A DNA stretch of 62,888 nt, filler included. It is 22 parts of 22 records of this genome, joined end to end, with 100 filler letters (N's around TTAATTAATTAA, not from the genome) between each part and the next. Parts side by side here need not be neighbours in the genome. Positions count along the whole stretch, not along the records: positions 21,666 to 23,910 come from SRR36015645_143731; positions 24,011 to 28,023 come from SRR36015645_144801; positions 28,124 to 31,109 come from SRR36015645_145138; positions 31,210 to 33,560 come from SRR36015645_146223; positions 33,661 to 36,334 come from SRR36015645_147349; 17 more parts are not named here. One strand, written 5' to 3'. Made by a program: the position numbers and the translations under genes. The notes below the pieces were generated by a model that was given only the letters and a program-made list of their open reading frames with translations, was not told the origin of the DNA and made no database searches. Shown piece after piece: positions 21,889 to 33,828 of this stretch (its first letter is position 1; every line of letters starts with the position of its first letter).

Positions 21889-23910
21889 ATGGCCTGGCGA
21901 ATTTTGGAAACATTCCTGGGGTTTGCTGATGACTTCCACAAAACAATCGAGGATATTGGCGCACGGATGACAATGACCGTAAACCTGGAGTCTTCGCTCC
22001 TTGAGGCGTGTCTTTACGACGACTTTTCGAAAGTCGAACACCTTCTTTCTGATGGTGCCGACGTAAATGCCCCCGACTCAAACAACCGTCGAACAGCCCT
22101 GATGATTGCCTGCATGAAGGGCTACCCAAACCTTGTCAGTTACTTATTGGACAATGGCGCGACAGTTCAATTATTAGGCGGCGAAGATGGTCAGGAAACT
22201 GCACTGCACGTAGCGTGTTCCATGGGACATTTGGAGTGCGTAAAATGTTTGACCAAACATGTCGATAACATTGACGTGACTGATGCTGATGGCAAAACGG
22301 CATTGCTGAAGGGAGTATGCGAAGGTCATATTGACGTTGTGAGGCTTCTTCTCGAAGAAGGCGCAAATCCAAATATTGGAGGCCATTTTCAGGGAATAAC
22401 CGAATCTCCACTTCATATCGCTTGTCAGAAGTGTGATATATCCATGGTTACGCTGTTGCTCGAGTTTGATGCTGATGTTGGCATAACGAATGAAATGGAC
22501 GAAACTTGCCTGATGACGACTGTCATATATTGCGACACCACAATTCTGTCCGACTGTTTTTCGATTATGGAACGACTTATCAAGCACGGAGCATGCCCCA
22601 GTTACAGAAGTCAAGGCGGATCGAGGAAAACTGTTCTTGAAGTAGCGGCTTCGAAAAGCATTTTAAATTTAGACGTTTGCTACTCATTGCATGCTCAACT
22701 TTTAAGCCAGAAGGAAATCTGCCAGCTTGTCAAGTGGTTGATTAAGAAGGGTGCCCCGATTACTCCAGAATGTTTAATATTTGCGTGTCAGCGACCGAAT
22801 GCCCGACTGGTAAAGTATTTGCTCAAACACGACGAATGCAAAAGTGACCCCGATGCAAAGTTTTACGCCATCGTAGAGAGCATAAAAGCAAACTGTACGG
22901 AAAACATCGAATGTTTTATTGACGCTAAAGAAGACTTGGACAGCCTTAATGCTTTGCATAATGCATGCGTTTGTGGTAACCTAGACATTGTTCAATTTCT
23001 GCTTCCGAAGGTTGATGTGAACTTTGTCGGAAACTCTGGCTTCACCCCATTAATATTTGCCACTCAGCTTGGCTACGTAGATGTTGTTTGCGCTCTCTTA
23101 GACTTTGGCGCCAATGTGAATATCGAGGGTAGCGACAACAATAATGCATTTATTCACGCTCTCTATGCAAAAAACCATGCCATTATCAAATTATTTTTGA
23201 ATAGCATTTCCGAAACGGACTCCCTCCTTATGGAGAAGCAGATGTTGGCAGCTGGACTATATGTTCTGGAGAAAAGTTACCAACAAGCATTTAGGAGCCT
23301 GTGTAAAGTCACAAGACTTATGGGCAACTCTGATAATGTGCGCCACAAATTTAAGCTAAAGCATTTATGGATGACCGAAGTTCCTTTCGAAGATAACGTT
23401 GATCAACGTATTGACATATGCACCGAGGTGCTTCAGGCATGCGAAAATATACTAGGCGCATGCCATGAATTCGTCCTAAAACTAGTCTGCCATTACGCGC
23501 ACTTGGAGATCGACAAGTATGGTGAGCGCGGAACTCAAACTGCGATCCACATGCTTTATGAAAATCTTCTGCTTCAAGGTAGAAATAGACAATTGCGTAG
23601 CACTGTTACGCTAGAGCTGATAGTTATCATGCTTTTAAAGGCAACCGTGAAGCCCGACAATGGAATGTACCTACAGCTCATGCGCATGTGTACGAACCAA
23701 CTTGTTTTTTTCGTCGACAAGATGCTGTTCAAGAAGAACCTCTACACACTCGCCATATCAATTCTTTGCTTAGCGCGACATGTTTTAAATGTGTCAGAAA
23801 GCCGTCGCGAAGATATCGAGGAATGTTTGCGCATCTGCAAGCAAGCGGTTCGAACGGACTTTGGTCAAAAAGCCATGCTGAACTTGACCCTGATGGACTC
23901 CCACTGCTCA
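21889..23910 (+). CDS. Ankyrin-repeat protein with FEM1-like C-terminal helical region (3'-truncated)
   Basis: Many ANK consensus units (RTALMIAC, ETALHVAC, KTALLKGV, ESPLHIAC, FTPLIFAT); ACENILGACH resembles the FEM1 RERILGPxH segment. Confidence 0.85.
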
Positions 23911-24010
23911 NNNNNNNNNNNNNNNNNNNNNNNNNNNNNNNNNNNNNNNNNNNNTTAATTAATTAANNNNNNNNNNNNNNNNNNNNNNNNNNNNNNNNNN
24001 NNNNNNNNNN

Positions 24011-27000
24011 GGATGCAGATGCAACTGGAACATCAATGCCATTCACAAGATCTGCGACAGAACCTTTTTCGAATCTACAGTGCTTCTTCTGTCAATCAGA
24101 CAATGGCCAGGCTCTCTTCACAGTTAGAAACAGTGACTCAGGGAAGGTACTCAGGCAAGCAGTAGAAATTTCCCAAGATGCAATGTTGATGACAAGATTA
24201 ACCAATACAATGTCGTGTAGTGATGCCCTAATTAATGTCAGATATCACAAGTTATGCTGGGCACGACATGTGTTCCATGTCCTCAGGGATCATACCGGGA
24301 ACAAAGCCAACTCCACGAAGGCAGACCTGCCCATGCAGAAGGCAGACCTGCCCATGCAGATGCCATGCTTCATCGAGTTGGTCAATATCGTTGACATACA
24401 AACTCAAAACAAAGCATATCTTCCGATAGACATCATCGAAAATACATACATTTCCATGCTTGGAGGTAGCGAGGAGGCACAAAAGCACACACCTACGTTG
24501 ACAAGACATTGGCTGAAGGATAAGATTCTTCAGGAATTACCAAGTGTGAAGTCCGTGAGGCAGAAAGACAGATGCAAGCCATCAGTACTTTACTGCCCTG
24601 CAGCCTGTGAAGAAACTATGGTCCACTTGTCTATGATACAAGATGATGTTAGTACAATGGACAACACAAAGATGTTATACAAGACAGCTAAGCTAATACG
24701 CAGAAGTATTGAAAACTTCACTGATAAGAAACGGTCAGACACGCTTAACATACTGAGCACGGCAGTAGACGTTCCACCAGAGTTGTACAGTCTTATACGT
24801 TGGATTTTGGTAGGACCCAATGAAGAGTTGCAAACAGAGACGAGGTGCAGGACAGTGGACAGATCAGCATTGACATTAAGCCAGAACATTATGTATGCTT
24901 TCAAAACCAAAAGGCAGGTACAACACCGACCCAAACAGGCGACAGGCACATTCCGGACACAATATGCCCGAGAAAATCCACAGGCTCTCGGCTTAGCACT
25001 TACCGTTCATCACGACACCAGAAACAAGAAGCTAATAGACCTCCTTCATTCACAGAATTATTGTATACCATACGGTCAGTCCCTGCTCTTGGAAACAGCT
25101 ATAGCCAATGCGGTTGTGGAAAACACACGCCGGTTCGATGGCCTGTATGTCCCACCCTTCCTGAAAAAAGGAGCCTTTATGTTCTTTGCCGTTGACAATA
25201 CAGACTTTGCCGAAGACACAGCTGATGGGAAAGGCACCACACATGGAACAATTACTGCCGTGTTTCAGAAGGACAATGTTTCAGGGGAAGTCATCGCACC
25301 CAGTCTGAAACTTTGTGAGGCAAAGAATCTATCAGTTGCCCCATATCATGTACCCATCAAGCCATGTAGCAAACCAAAACCTGGAATGGTCAAGAGAGCT
25401 CAGGAATTCGAGGTCGACACCACAGGGGTCGCAGAGACATATAAACTGACCACCCTAGGCTGGGTCATAGCGTCTGTCCTGTCTAGAGAAAATGATAATG
25501 AAGAGCAGAGCAGACTACCAGGATGGTCCGGATTCAAGTCAATCATATCATCTGGCCAGCCCTTGACTCAAGTTGGTGCACTACCGCTGTTGCCAGAAGT
25601 TGCACACGAGTGGTCTACAATGCTGACTGTGATTCTACAAGCATCCCGGTTGAAGAGTTTGGTCGTTGGTGAAGAGTACCTAACAGTGATTACCTTCGAT
25701 ATGGCCTTATACGAGAAGGCGGTGCAGTTGGTAGATTCAAGGGATGATCTGAAAAGAACAGTTCTTCCCAGGCTTGGTGAGCTACACACTGTGATGGCTG
25801 CACTGAGGGCGCTAGGTACGTCCATTGAAAATTCCGGGATAGATGATGCATGGATTGAGGCTGATGTGTATGGCTCAGCTACAACCCGACAGATCCTGAA
25901 GTGTGCCCACTACAAGAGAACGCTTCGTGCACACGTCTATACGTATTTGGCTCTATATGAACTTCTCCTAGACAAGTTCTTCACAGAGAAGCCAAACCTC
26001 AAATCCATCTGCTCAAAACCAGTGAATGAAGTCCAGAAAGCCTGTGTCAGATCACCAGTGGACAGAAGTACGAGTAAAGAGAGCATCGTTAATGCCAATG
26101 ACCGCCTGCTTCAAACCCTCACTGACGAAGATGTTATTGGTCAGCTGAAAACATGGGAAGCAGAAAAAGGCTCTAACGCAATGTTTAAGTCATTAACAAA
26201 TTACCTCCACCGTGTTGAAACCATCTTGTTCTTTGTCGAAGCTTCAAGGAATTCTGATCTAGTTCTCCACTTGCAAGCTGGAGAGGCACTAAGTAAGCTC
26301 TTCTTTGCACTAGACCGGATAAAATACAAACGCCTTTGGCCACGGTATATCGCAGACATGCATGAGCTGAAGAGAAGGCATCCGGCCACCTGGCGTGAGC
26401 TTCAGGACGGAAATATATCTGTTACGAAGAGTGAGATACCGTTTGTCTCCATTGGCGCAGACCACGCATGCGAGCAACTAAATAGGATGATGAAGGTACA
26501 CTCTGGATTAATTGGTATATCCAATAATGCTAACGCACGGCAGCGGTTCTTTCTCGCTACACCAGAGATGTCACACCTTTCAACAAGGTTTAAAGGGCAA
26601 TTTGGTGTCACTGCTCATAAACCACAAGAACACCATGACGTACAACCAAGTGCTGTCAAGAGAGAGCATGACGCTGTCAGCAAGATCAAGGCTGCAATAC
26701 TGAATCACGGGAATCCCTTTGATGCAGTAGGTGATCAGCTGTACAACTTTGTGACGCATGCGTATGTTCCCCAAGAGAGTGTACCACAGATTTTGAATGT
26801 CGACGACAGCGGCCAGAAGCTCTATAAAGATTACGTTGCGGAACGAATCAATGGTGACGTGAGTCTGTGGGCACCAGTTAAGAAGCAAAACAATGCCATG
26901 TTCCTGTCAGGAAACAAGAAGCAAACAGTCAAGGTCCGCGACCAGGTGGTGGATCTCAAAGAAACAAAAGCACTTTATGGGCGGTTTATGGTTCTAGCCA

Positions 27001-28023
27001 GATCGAACCGGGACATTGATCAGAAGAATGCAGTCGGGAACTTCGAGTTTACTCTGACTCCCAGGGCACTGTTTGCCCCAGATGGATCCATCCTTTCTTG
27101 TACTGACAAATCTAAGCTCATACATTGCCTGGAAAAATACAAGGACACCAATCAGAATGCGCAAGCAGAAACATCTTCAGCACCATCTGAGAGTCCAACA
27201 ATTGCTATTGTGGATGGAATGGTGCTCGTTCAACAGATGGCAAAGAAATCTGGGACAATCAGCACAGTCAAAGATCTCAGCCAGCAATTCAATGACAGGC
27301 TCTTTGGGTTGACAGCAGATTTCGATGAGGTTATTCTGGTCTTTGACACTTACAAAGCTGACTCGCTGAAGCAAAAAACACGGGAGAAACGACGACAAGG
27401 CAAAGATCCTATTCAGTACCAGATTGCTGATGATACAAACATCAAACATATACCAATGGCGCGCTTCCTATCCCACGAAAATACGAAAGCCAATCTAGCA
27501 GAATACCTTGCACAAGCAGTACTCAAGAATAACGCTAACTCCCAAAAGTTAGTCATCACGTCAGTATCAGGCTGCACAAGAAGCAACCGCAACATGCAGT
27601 TTGAAGAAAACAACCACGAGGAGGCTGATACATTGATGATCTGCTTAGCAGCAGCTGCAGCACAGCGCTGCCCTGAGGCACGGATGGTCTTCTTCAGCCC
27701 AGATACCGATGTCTTGGTTCTGGCTGTTGCAAACTACGACAAGCTCTGCAAACACACTGCGATATGTATGGTATCAGGTACTTTGGAGATTGGACCAATC
27801 TGGAGGGCGCTAGGACAAGACAAGGCAGCAGCGTTACCGGTATTCCATGCATTCACTGGAACAGACAATGTGGGAAGATTCTCTGGGCTAGGCAAAACCA
27901 AGTGGTTTCAACAGTACATAAAGGCTGACATTGATATCGTCGCAGCACTAATGAAACTGACAGAGGAAGGCGACCTAACACAGGAGGTGAAGAATGCATT
28001 GGCCAAATTTGTATGCCTATTGT
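24011..28023 (+). mobile_element. Academ (AcademX-type) transposase, most of the ORF, uninterrupted over ~1330 codons
   Basis: N-terminal CFFC..YHKLC; DDE candidates FAVDNTDF, ITFDMALY, ADHACEQ; RLGELH; nuclease motifs IVDGM, VFDTY, HEEAD, SPDTDV, FTGTD..GKTKW. Confidence 0.88.
24317..24358 (+). repeat. Perfect in-frame 21-bp tandem duplication (KADLPMQ x2)
   Basis: GAAGGCAGACCTGCCCATGCA occurs twice consecutively. Confidence 0.97.
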
Positions 28024-28217
28024 NNNNNNNNNNNNNNNNNNNNNNNNNNNNNNNNNNNNNNNNNNNNTTAATTAATTAANNNNNNNNNNNNNNNNNNNNN
28101 NNNNNNNNNNNNNNNNNNNNNNNTCTGTAGGCAAGCCAGAAGTGGTAACCCATTGTGCCATAATTGGGGGGAGCGAAATCGCTAGGATATTTACCTACAT
28201 TTTTATACAAGAAAAAT

Positions 28218-31109
28218 ATGGCTCCACCCAAACGTCAAGAAAAACAAAAAATGGCTAAACAGCTATTAAAAGCTCGTGCAGTCCAGAAGGCCATGATGAA
28301 GGTAGTAGATCATGCAGCTGCCGAATTATCAGAACACTTGAAAGCCGAAATTTGTGATGCTCAGCAAATCCAAATTCTGAGAAATATTCTCATAGAGAAA
28401 TTTCAAAAGTTACGGGAACAGAATGACACGGTTCTGTCACTGCTTGGTGAACAAGAGAGTGATGAAACTGCTGATCTACTGGATCTCGAAATTGAGACAA
28501 CAGAGGCTGAAAATACAAAATTTCAGTACTTGCTCGAGCAGGCAGATATCTTGATTAAGAAACAAGATAAAGATGCTGCATCTACTTCATCCGAGCCATC
28601 ATCTTCAAGGACAAGTCAGAAGACACAAGCAGTGAAACTGCCGACAATCAAGCTGCCAGAATTTGATGGCAAATTAACAGAATGGCCGACCTTCTGGGAT
28701 ACCTTTCAGTCAGCCATTGGTAATAATGATGATCTGAGTGACATCATGAAGTTCAACTATCTTCGTAGCACTTTGAAAGGCGAAGCATATATGGCAATTG
28801 CAGGACTACCCTTGACAGCACTCAATTATCAAGGTGCAATTGACATTTTAACGGACAGATACGCTAAGCCACAGTATCAAATACGAGCACACATGCACAA
28901 CTTATTGCAGATTGAGCCCTTAAAACAGGCTGATGCTGTTGCACTTAATCGATTGTTGGATACAATTGAAGTAAATGTAAGAGGACTCACTGCCTTGAAT
29001 GTTGTAGCAGATTCTTACGGCAGCCTTTTGATGCCAGTAATTGTGTCTCGATTGCCACACAATGTTCGGATGCAATGGGCTAGAGAAGATACCAATGGCG
29101 AACTCACAGTAGAGGACCTCATGAAATTTATTCGTACAGAGGTTCGCATAAGAGAAAGGGCCAAAGAAGGTGACGAGTTTGGTTCTTCTAATCAAGCAAA
29201 GCTGAACAAAGAAGAAGCAGACAAGAAGAAGAAACGGCCTCAACAGTATATTAAACGAAGTGCTGCGGCACTTGTTAGCTCAACCACTGAAACGGAACGT
29301 AAACATGCAAGGGATTGTGCACTATGCAAGGGAACACACCCGATGTTCAAATGTGAACAATTCAAAGGAAAAACTGTTCCAGAACGTATCAAAGTGGTTA
29401 TCGAGAATAAACTATGCTTCAGATGCCTAATTCCAGGACATCGTCAAGATAAATGTAAGAGCAAACACAAATGCTACTATTGCAAAGGCTCTCACAATGC
29501 CCTTCTTCATGAAGACAAGAAAGAAAACATCCAGGAAGTGAACAATGAAGGGGCGTGCGCACCACAGGTTAATGACACGCGCTCACACTTCACTGGAATT
29601 GTGTCCGGTTCAAGTCACCGAGAAGCAACGTTCTTAAAGACGGTGACCGCAGAAGCAAAGAACCAGAATGGACACCCGCACAGAGTTGGAATACTCATAG
29701 ATGGAGGAAGTAATCACTCATACGTGACCGAAGAAGTCGCAACGAGGTTGAAATTAAAGAAGGTGGACACAGTCACTGAGACAGTAAACACCTTTCAAGG
29801 TTCAACAAGCATACCAAGAGGTGTTGACATTGTGGAATTACCTCTGAACAATCCAACTGATGATGGTCAATCAATATTACTGACCGCACGAGTTGTCAGT
29901 CAAATCTGTGAGCCAATCTACATACCTAGAGAAAGGATAGATGTATCTTGGTGGCCACATTTGAGGAACATTCCATTGTTGAACGAAGGAAGCTATGACA
30001 GCATTGATGTTCTCATTGGAGCTGACTATTATTGGGACGTCATCGTCGATATTGTAAGAGGACCACCACAAGCACCAGTTGGAATAAAAACTATATTTGG
30101 CTGGACCCTCCATGGAAGAAGCCAAGGTGTAAATGAACAGTCAAACTGTCTACTGGCAATCACCCGGCACAGGGAAAATGAAGCCCTAAATTCAACGCTC
30201 AAGACATTTTGGGAGCTAGAATCGCTGGGAATTAAAGAAGACCCACAGCCATTTAAGGATGCTGAGGTGAAAGAGAACATTTCCTTCACAGGAGAAAGAT
30301 ATTCGGTAAAGCTACCTTGGAACTGCAATGGGCGACCGCCCAACAACCTTGAATCTGCTCAGCGAAGGCATGATCAACTTCAAAAAAGGTTGGAAAAGAG
30401 TGAAGAGCTTGCAAACGAATATGCACGGCAAATCAACGAGTTGCTGAGTGAAGGTATCATCGAGGAAGTACCAGAATCCGAATGGGACAAAGCAGAGGCT
30501 TATTATCTACCCCATTTTGCAGTTGTAAAAACAGATCGTGAATCCAGCAAGGTCAGGATTGTATGTGATGGAGCCGCTGGCAAGGAAACACAATCCTCTA
30601 TTAACGACTTCTTGAGCACTGGCATATTCGCTGGAGAAGAGTCCTTTGATGTCCTCCTACGTTTTCGGAAGGACAATTATGCCGCCACCGCAGATATACA
30701 AAAGGCATTTTTGATGATATCTGTGGATGAGGAAGACAGAGACTATCTGCGAATCTTGTGGAAGGACAAGGTGTACCGCCTAACACGAGTCGCATTCGGA
30801 CTCACCTGCAGTCCAAAGCTGCTAAACGACACTTTGAAGCATCACATGAATATGAAGCTGGGAGAAGCCTCAAGAGACGTGTTGGACCACTTGTACGTGG
30901 ATGATCTTGTCAAAAGTTTTGCTTCCAAGGACGAAGCTAACGGATTCATCAGAGATATCATACCCATATTTGCTGAGTGCAAGATGGAGCTGCATAAATG
31001 GGCAGCGAATGTTGACATACCAGCAATTCCCACAGAAAGGCAATCTCCAAAAACGATACATAAAGTGCTTGGAGTTCCCTGGAACACAAAGGAGGATACG
31101 CTGTCGGTT
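28218..31109 (+). mobile_element. BEL/Pao LTR retrotransposon gag-protease-RT polyprotein (3'-truncated)
   Basis: KLPTIKLPEFDG..WPTFWDTF gag motif; knuckles CALCKGTH, CFRCLIPGH, CYYCKGSHNALLH; protease LIDGGS; FWELESLGI; YLPHFAV; ADIQKAFL; YVDD; KVLGVPW. Confidence 0.96.
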
Positions 31110-31209
31110 NNNNNNNNNNNNNNNNNNNNNNNNNNNNNNNNNNNNNNNNNNNNTTAATTAATTAANNNNNNNNNNNNNNNNNNNNNNNNNNNNNNNNNNN
31201 NNNNNNNNN

Positions 31210-33560
31210 CTGCCATTCTATTTGAAAGTATCGCACATGCTTCGCCGTCTCACTGTTAAATCTATGCTCGTCAGCGTCAGAGACAGTAATAGTATTGTAC
31301 AACATCAAAGCAATGCTGTGCTGATTTTACACCGAGCTGTTATGGAAGAGCGTAGCAGTGCTCTTCCAGTTATCGACAACTACAGTTTAATGTTGTTATT
31401 ACTCGAAACAGACGAAATAAATATCATCTTTCGCTGGGAACGAGAGTTAGATTTTTGGACTGTAGGATGTCATAACATAAAGAAAGGGAGTAATGTGGAC
31501 TGCTATAAATACTGGAAGATTGCCGTCTATGTTAACATTACTTTGGACGAGCATATGGACAATGAGATTAAACGCTCAGTAGGGGGCCAGCGAGTTTTAA
31601 GGTGTGCCGCTCACAAGTTTTATCTTGTAAAAGAAGGCAGAGGGTCTGGCCTAACTTGTAGTGTACAGGGTTGTAACAAAACAGCCAATCACAGATGTCC
31701 ACATGATTTATTAAATAACCAATGTGTAACATCTGTTTGCCTTAAACACTACAAATCACTCAGTTTAAGCGAAACCACTGTCGACGTGACCTATCGTCAT
31801 ATAGATTCACAGAATGAAGATGGTAATCACGAAATAGATGGTAGTGATGAGGATTATATGAACGCGTTGCTTGATAACAGTGACAACATGCCCGGTATCT
31901 TGGATGCAGAGGCGTGCAACACCCTCGATGATTTTCAAGCACTACAGCAATTTTTGACGGGCGAAAACATTTTGCCAAATGGTGATGTGACTGGATCTGA
32001 ACATAGCAAAAAGCAAATGTTTCCTATCACCAGTTCCAAGTCATTTCCCAGTCATTGTCTTCTGAATGACGTCTATGGCGTTCTGAAGAGAAGGTATATG
32101 AAATATGCATCATCAAAGAATGATCAGCTTCTCAATCAAGTAGTTTCTAAAAACCATTCACCTGCGATGTCCTTATTGTACCCAGAAGCTAATTTATTTC
32201 CCTCTATGTTCTATTATGAAAGAAATTCAAGTGTCATTGGCTCGGTGCCATTTCATGCCTTGAAATCAGGACACAACAAAGCTCGCTATTCTTTAATGTC
32301 TGCCAACGAAATGTCTTTGATTCGCCTTTCAGATGGAGATCTACAAACGTCACACGATATAAATTACCTTCATTGGGCATTTGACCTTAAACTTAATGGT
32401 AGGGTGATGTATCGGTCAACAAACGAGGTTTATCGGCGTGGCCTAGAAGTTCTTGAGGATAATCATGTAAGACACACTGATAATTTTGAAATGCCACTGC
32501 AATTTACTGAATATGACAGTACCCGAAAGGTCAAAGAACTCGCAGCATTACTACAGAAAGCCCCATGGAAATACTTCTTCACTTTCACTGCCAATGAGTC
32601 ATTTACCATGGGCTTAGCGCCTATTTGCAAAGCTATGAAAGAGTGTCGCGCTAGTATGCCAGGGAATTTTGGCGGTACTAATTATGCAGACGTGTACGAC
32701 TATAATACCATTCTGATAAACAGGGCTTGGGAGAGAGTTATTCATCACCTGCTTCAATACATTGAAACCAGTCCGGAACAATTGTTGGGTCCGGTCAAAC
32801 ACATGTTTGCCAGGATAGAGTATCAATCGCAAGGCTCTCAGGCAAACAAGTGCCATGTACACGGCGGTGTATCACTTCACGAAGAGCCCATTGACGTAAC
32901 ACTGAACAGAATAGCTTGCGAGGATACGCGTTTGTTTGGCCAATCAGACTTTCAAACTTTATTAGAAAGTGAACTAGTTGAGTCATGGACCGATTTTGTG
33001 GAATCTAAGGCTAGACTAAACACTCTGATCAGACATGATTGTAGAAAAGCTGGTGAAAGGTGTATGAAGAGGACTGATGACAAGGGGAACAAAATGTGTA
33101 GAGTTCCACAACATCCACCTAGTGGAACTTATTGGTTTGAGAAAAGAAAAAACCTGTATTCGGAAGAAACTTGCCTCCTACTTCAAAAGCTTGGAATGGC
33201 TGAAAAGGGTTTAAGCAGAAAAGGTGACGAGATGGAATGGAATGTCTGCAAAGGTCTCACCGGTGGCAAGTGGCATTATCCCACTGTCAATCCACCTACA
33301 TTTCTACCAACTGTCCCTAAATTTGCTCTTGCTCTTCAAAGTGCCACAAATGTTCAGGTGTGTGATGAGCGATTTCAGGTTTCTTACCTTGTTAAGTACG
33401 TTTGTGGTGTTGAAGAGCGTCGCCCTATCACCATCCAAGGAACGAAACAACCAACAATTGTAAGAACTGAAACTGGTGAACAGGAAAATATTAAAATTTC
33501 CAGCGTTCAGCATCTGAAGAGAGCAATTGAGAAGGAAAAAAGGTGCAACACATTGGAAAT
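31210..33560 (+). mobile_element. Divergent Helitron-like HUH rolling-circle Rep domain protein, truncated at both ends
   Basis: Motif I FFTFTAN (~32575), motif II VKHMFARIEYQSQGSQANKCHVH (~32812-32862), HDC..CMK..CR, motif III YLVKYV (~33385); helicase not reached. Confidence 0.78.
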
Positions 33561-33660
33561 NNNNNNNNNNNNNNNNNNNNNNNNNNNNNNNNNNNNNNNN
33601 NNNNTTAATTAATTAANNNNNNNNNNNNNNNNNNNNNNNNNNNNNNNNNNNNNNNNNNNN

Positions 33661-33828
33661 GAACCAACACCGTCAGAAGATGCACCTAGTGAGAAAGTCA
33701 GTGAACTAATGCCGTCAGATGAAGCTCCTAGTGAACAAGTCAGTGAACCAACACCGTCAGAAGAAGCTCCTAGTGAGAAAATCATTGAACTGACACCATC
33801 GGACGAAGCTCCTAGTGAGAAAGTCAGT
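33661..33828 (+). repeat. Coding minisatellite: four or more 42-bp units (EPTPSEDAPSEKVS)
   Basis: Units start at 33661, 33703, 33745 and 33787; the array runs into the contig edge. Confidence 0.95.

Noticed and set aside
19141..28023. Host FEN1/XPG or tesmin/CXC genes
   Set aside because: The nuclease and Cys-rich motifs are fused to a DDE-type region and recur in divergent intron-free copies, which fits Academ transposases.
28140..28170. TGGTAACCC as the primer-binding site of the BEL element
   Set aside because: I cannot match it to a tRNA 3' end, and no LTR end is visible before it.
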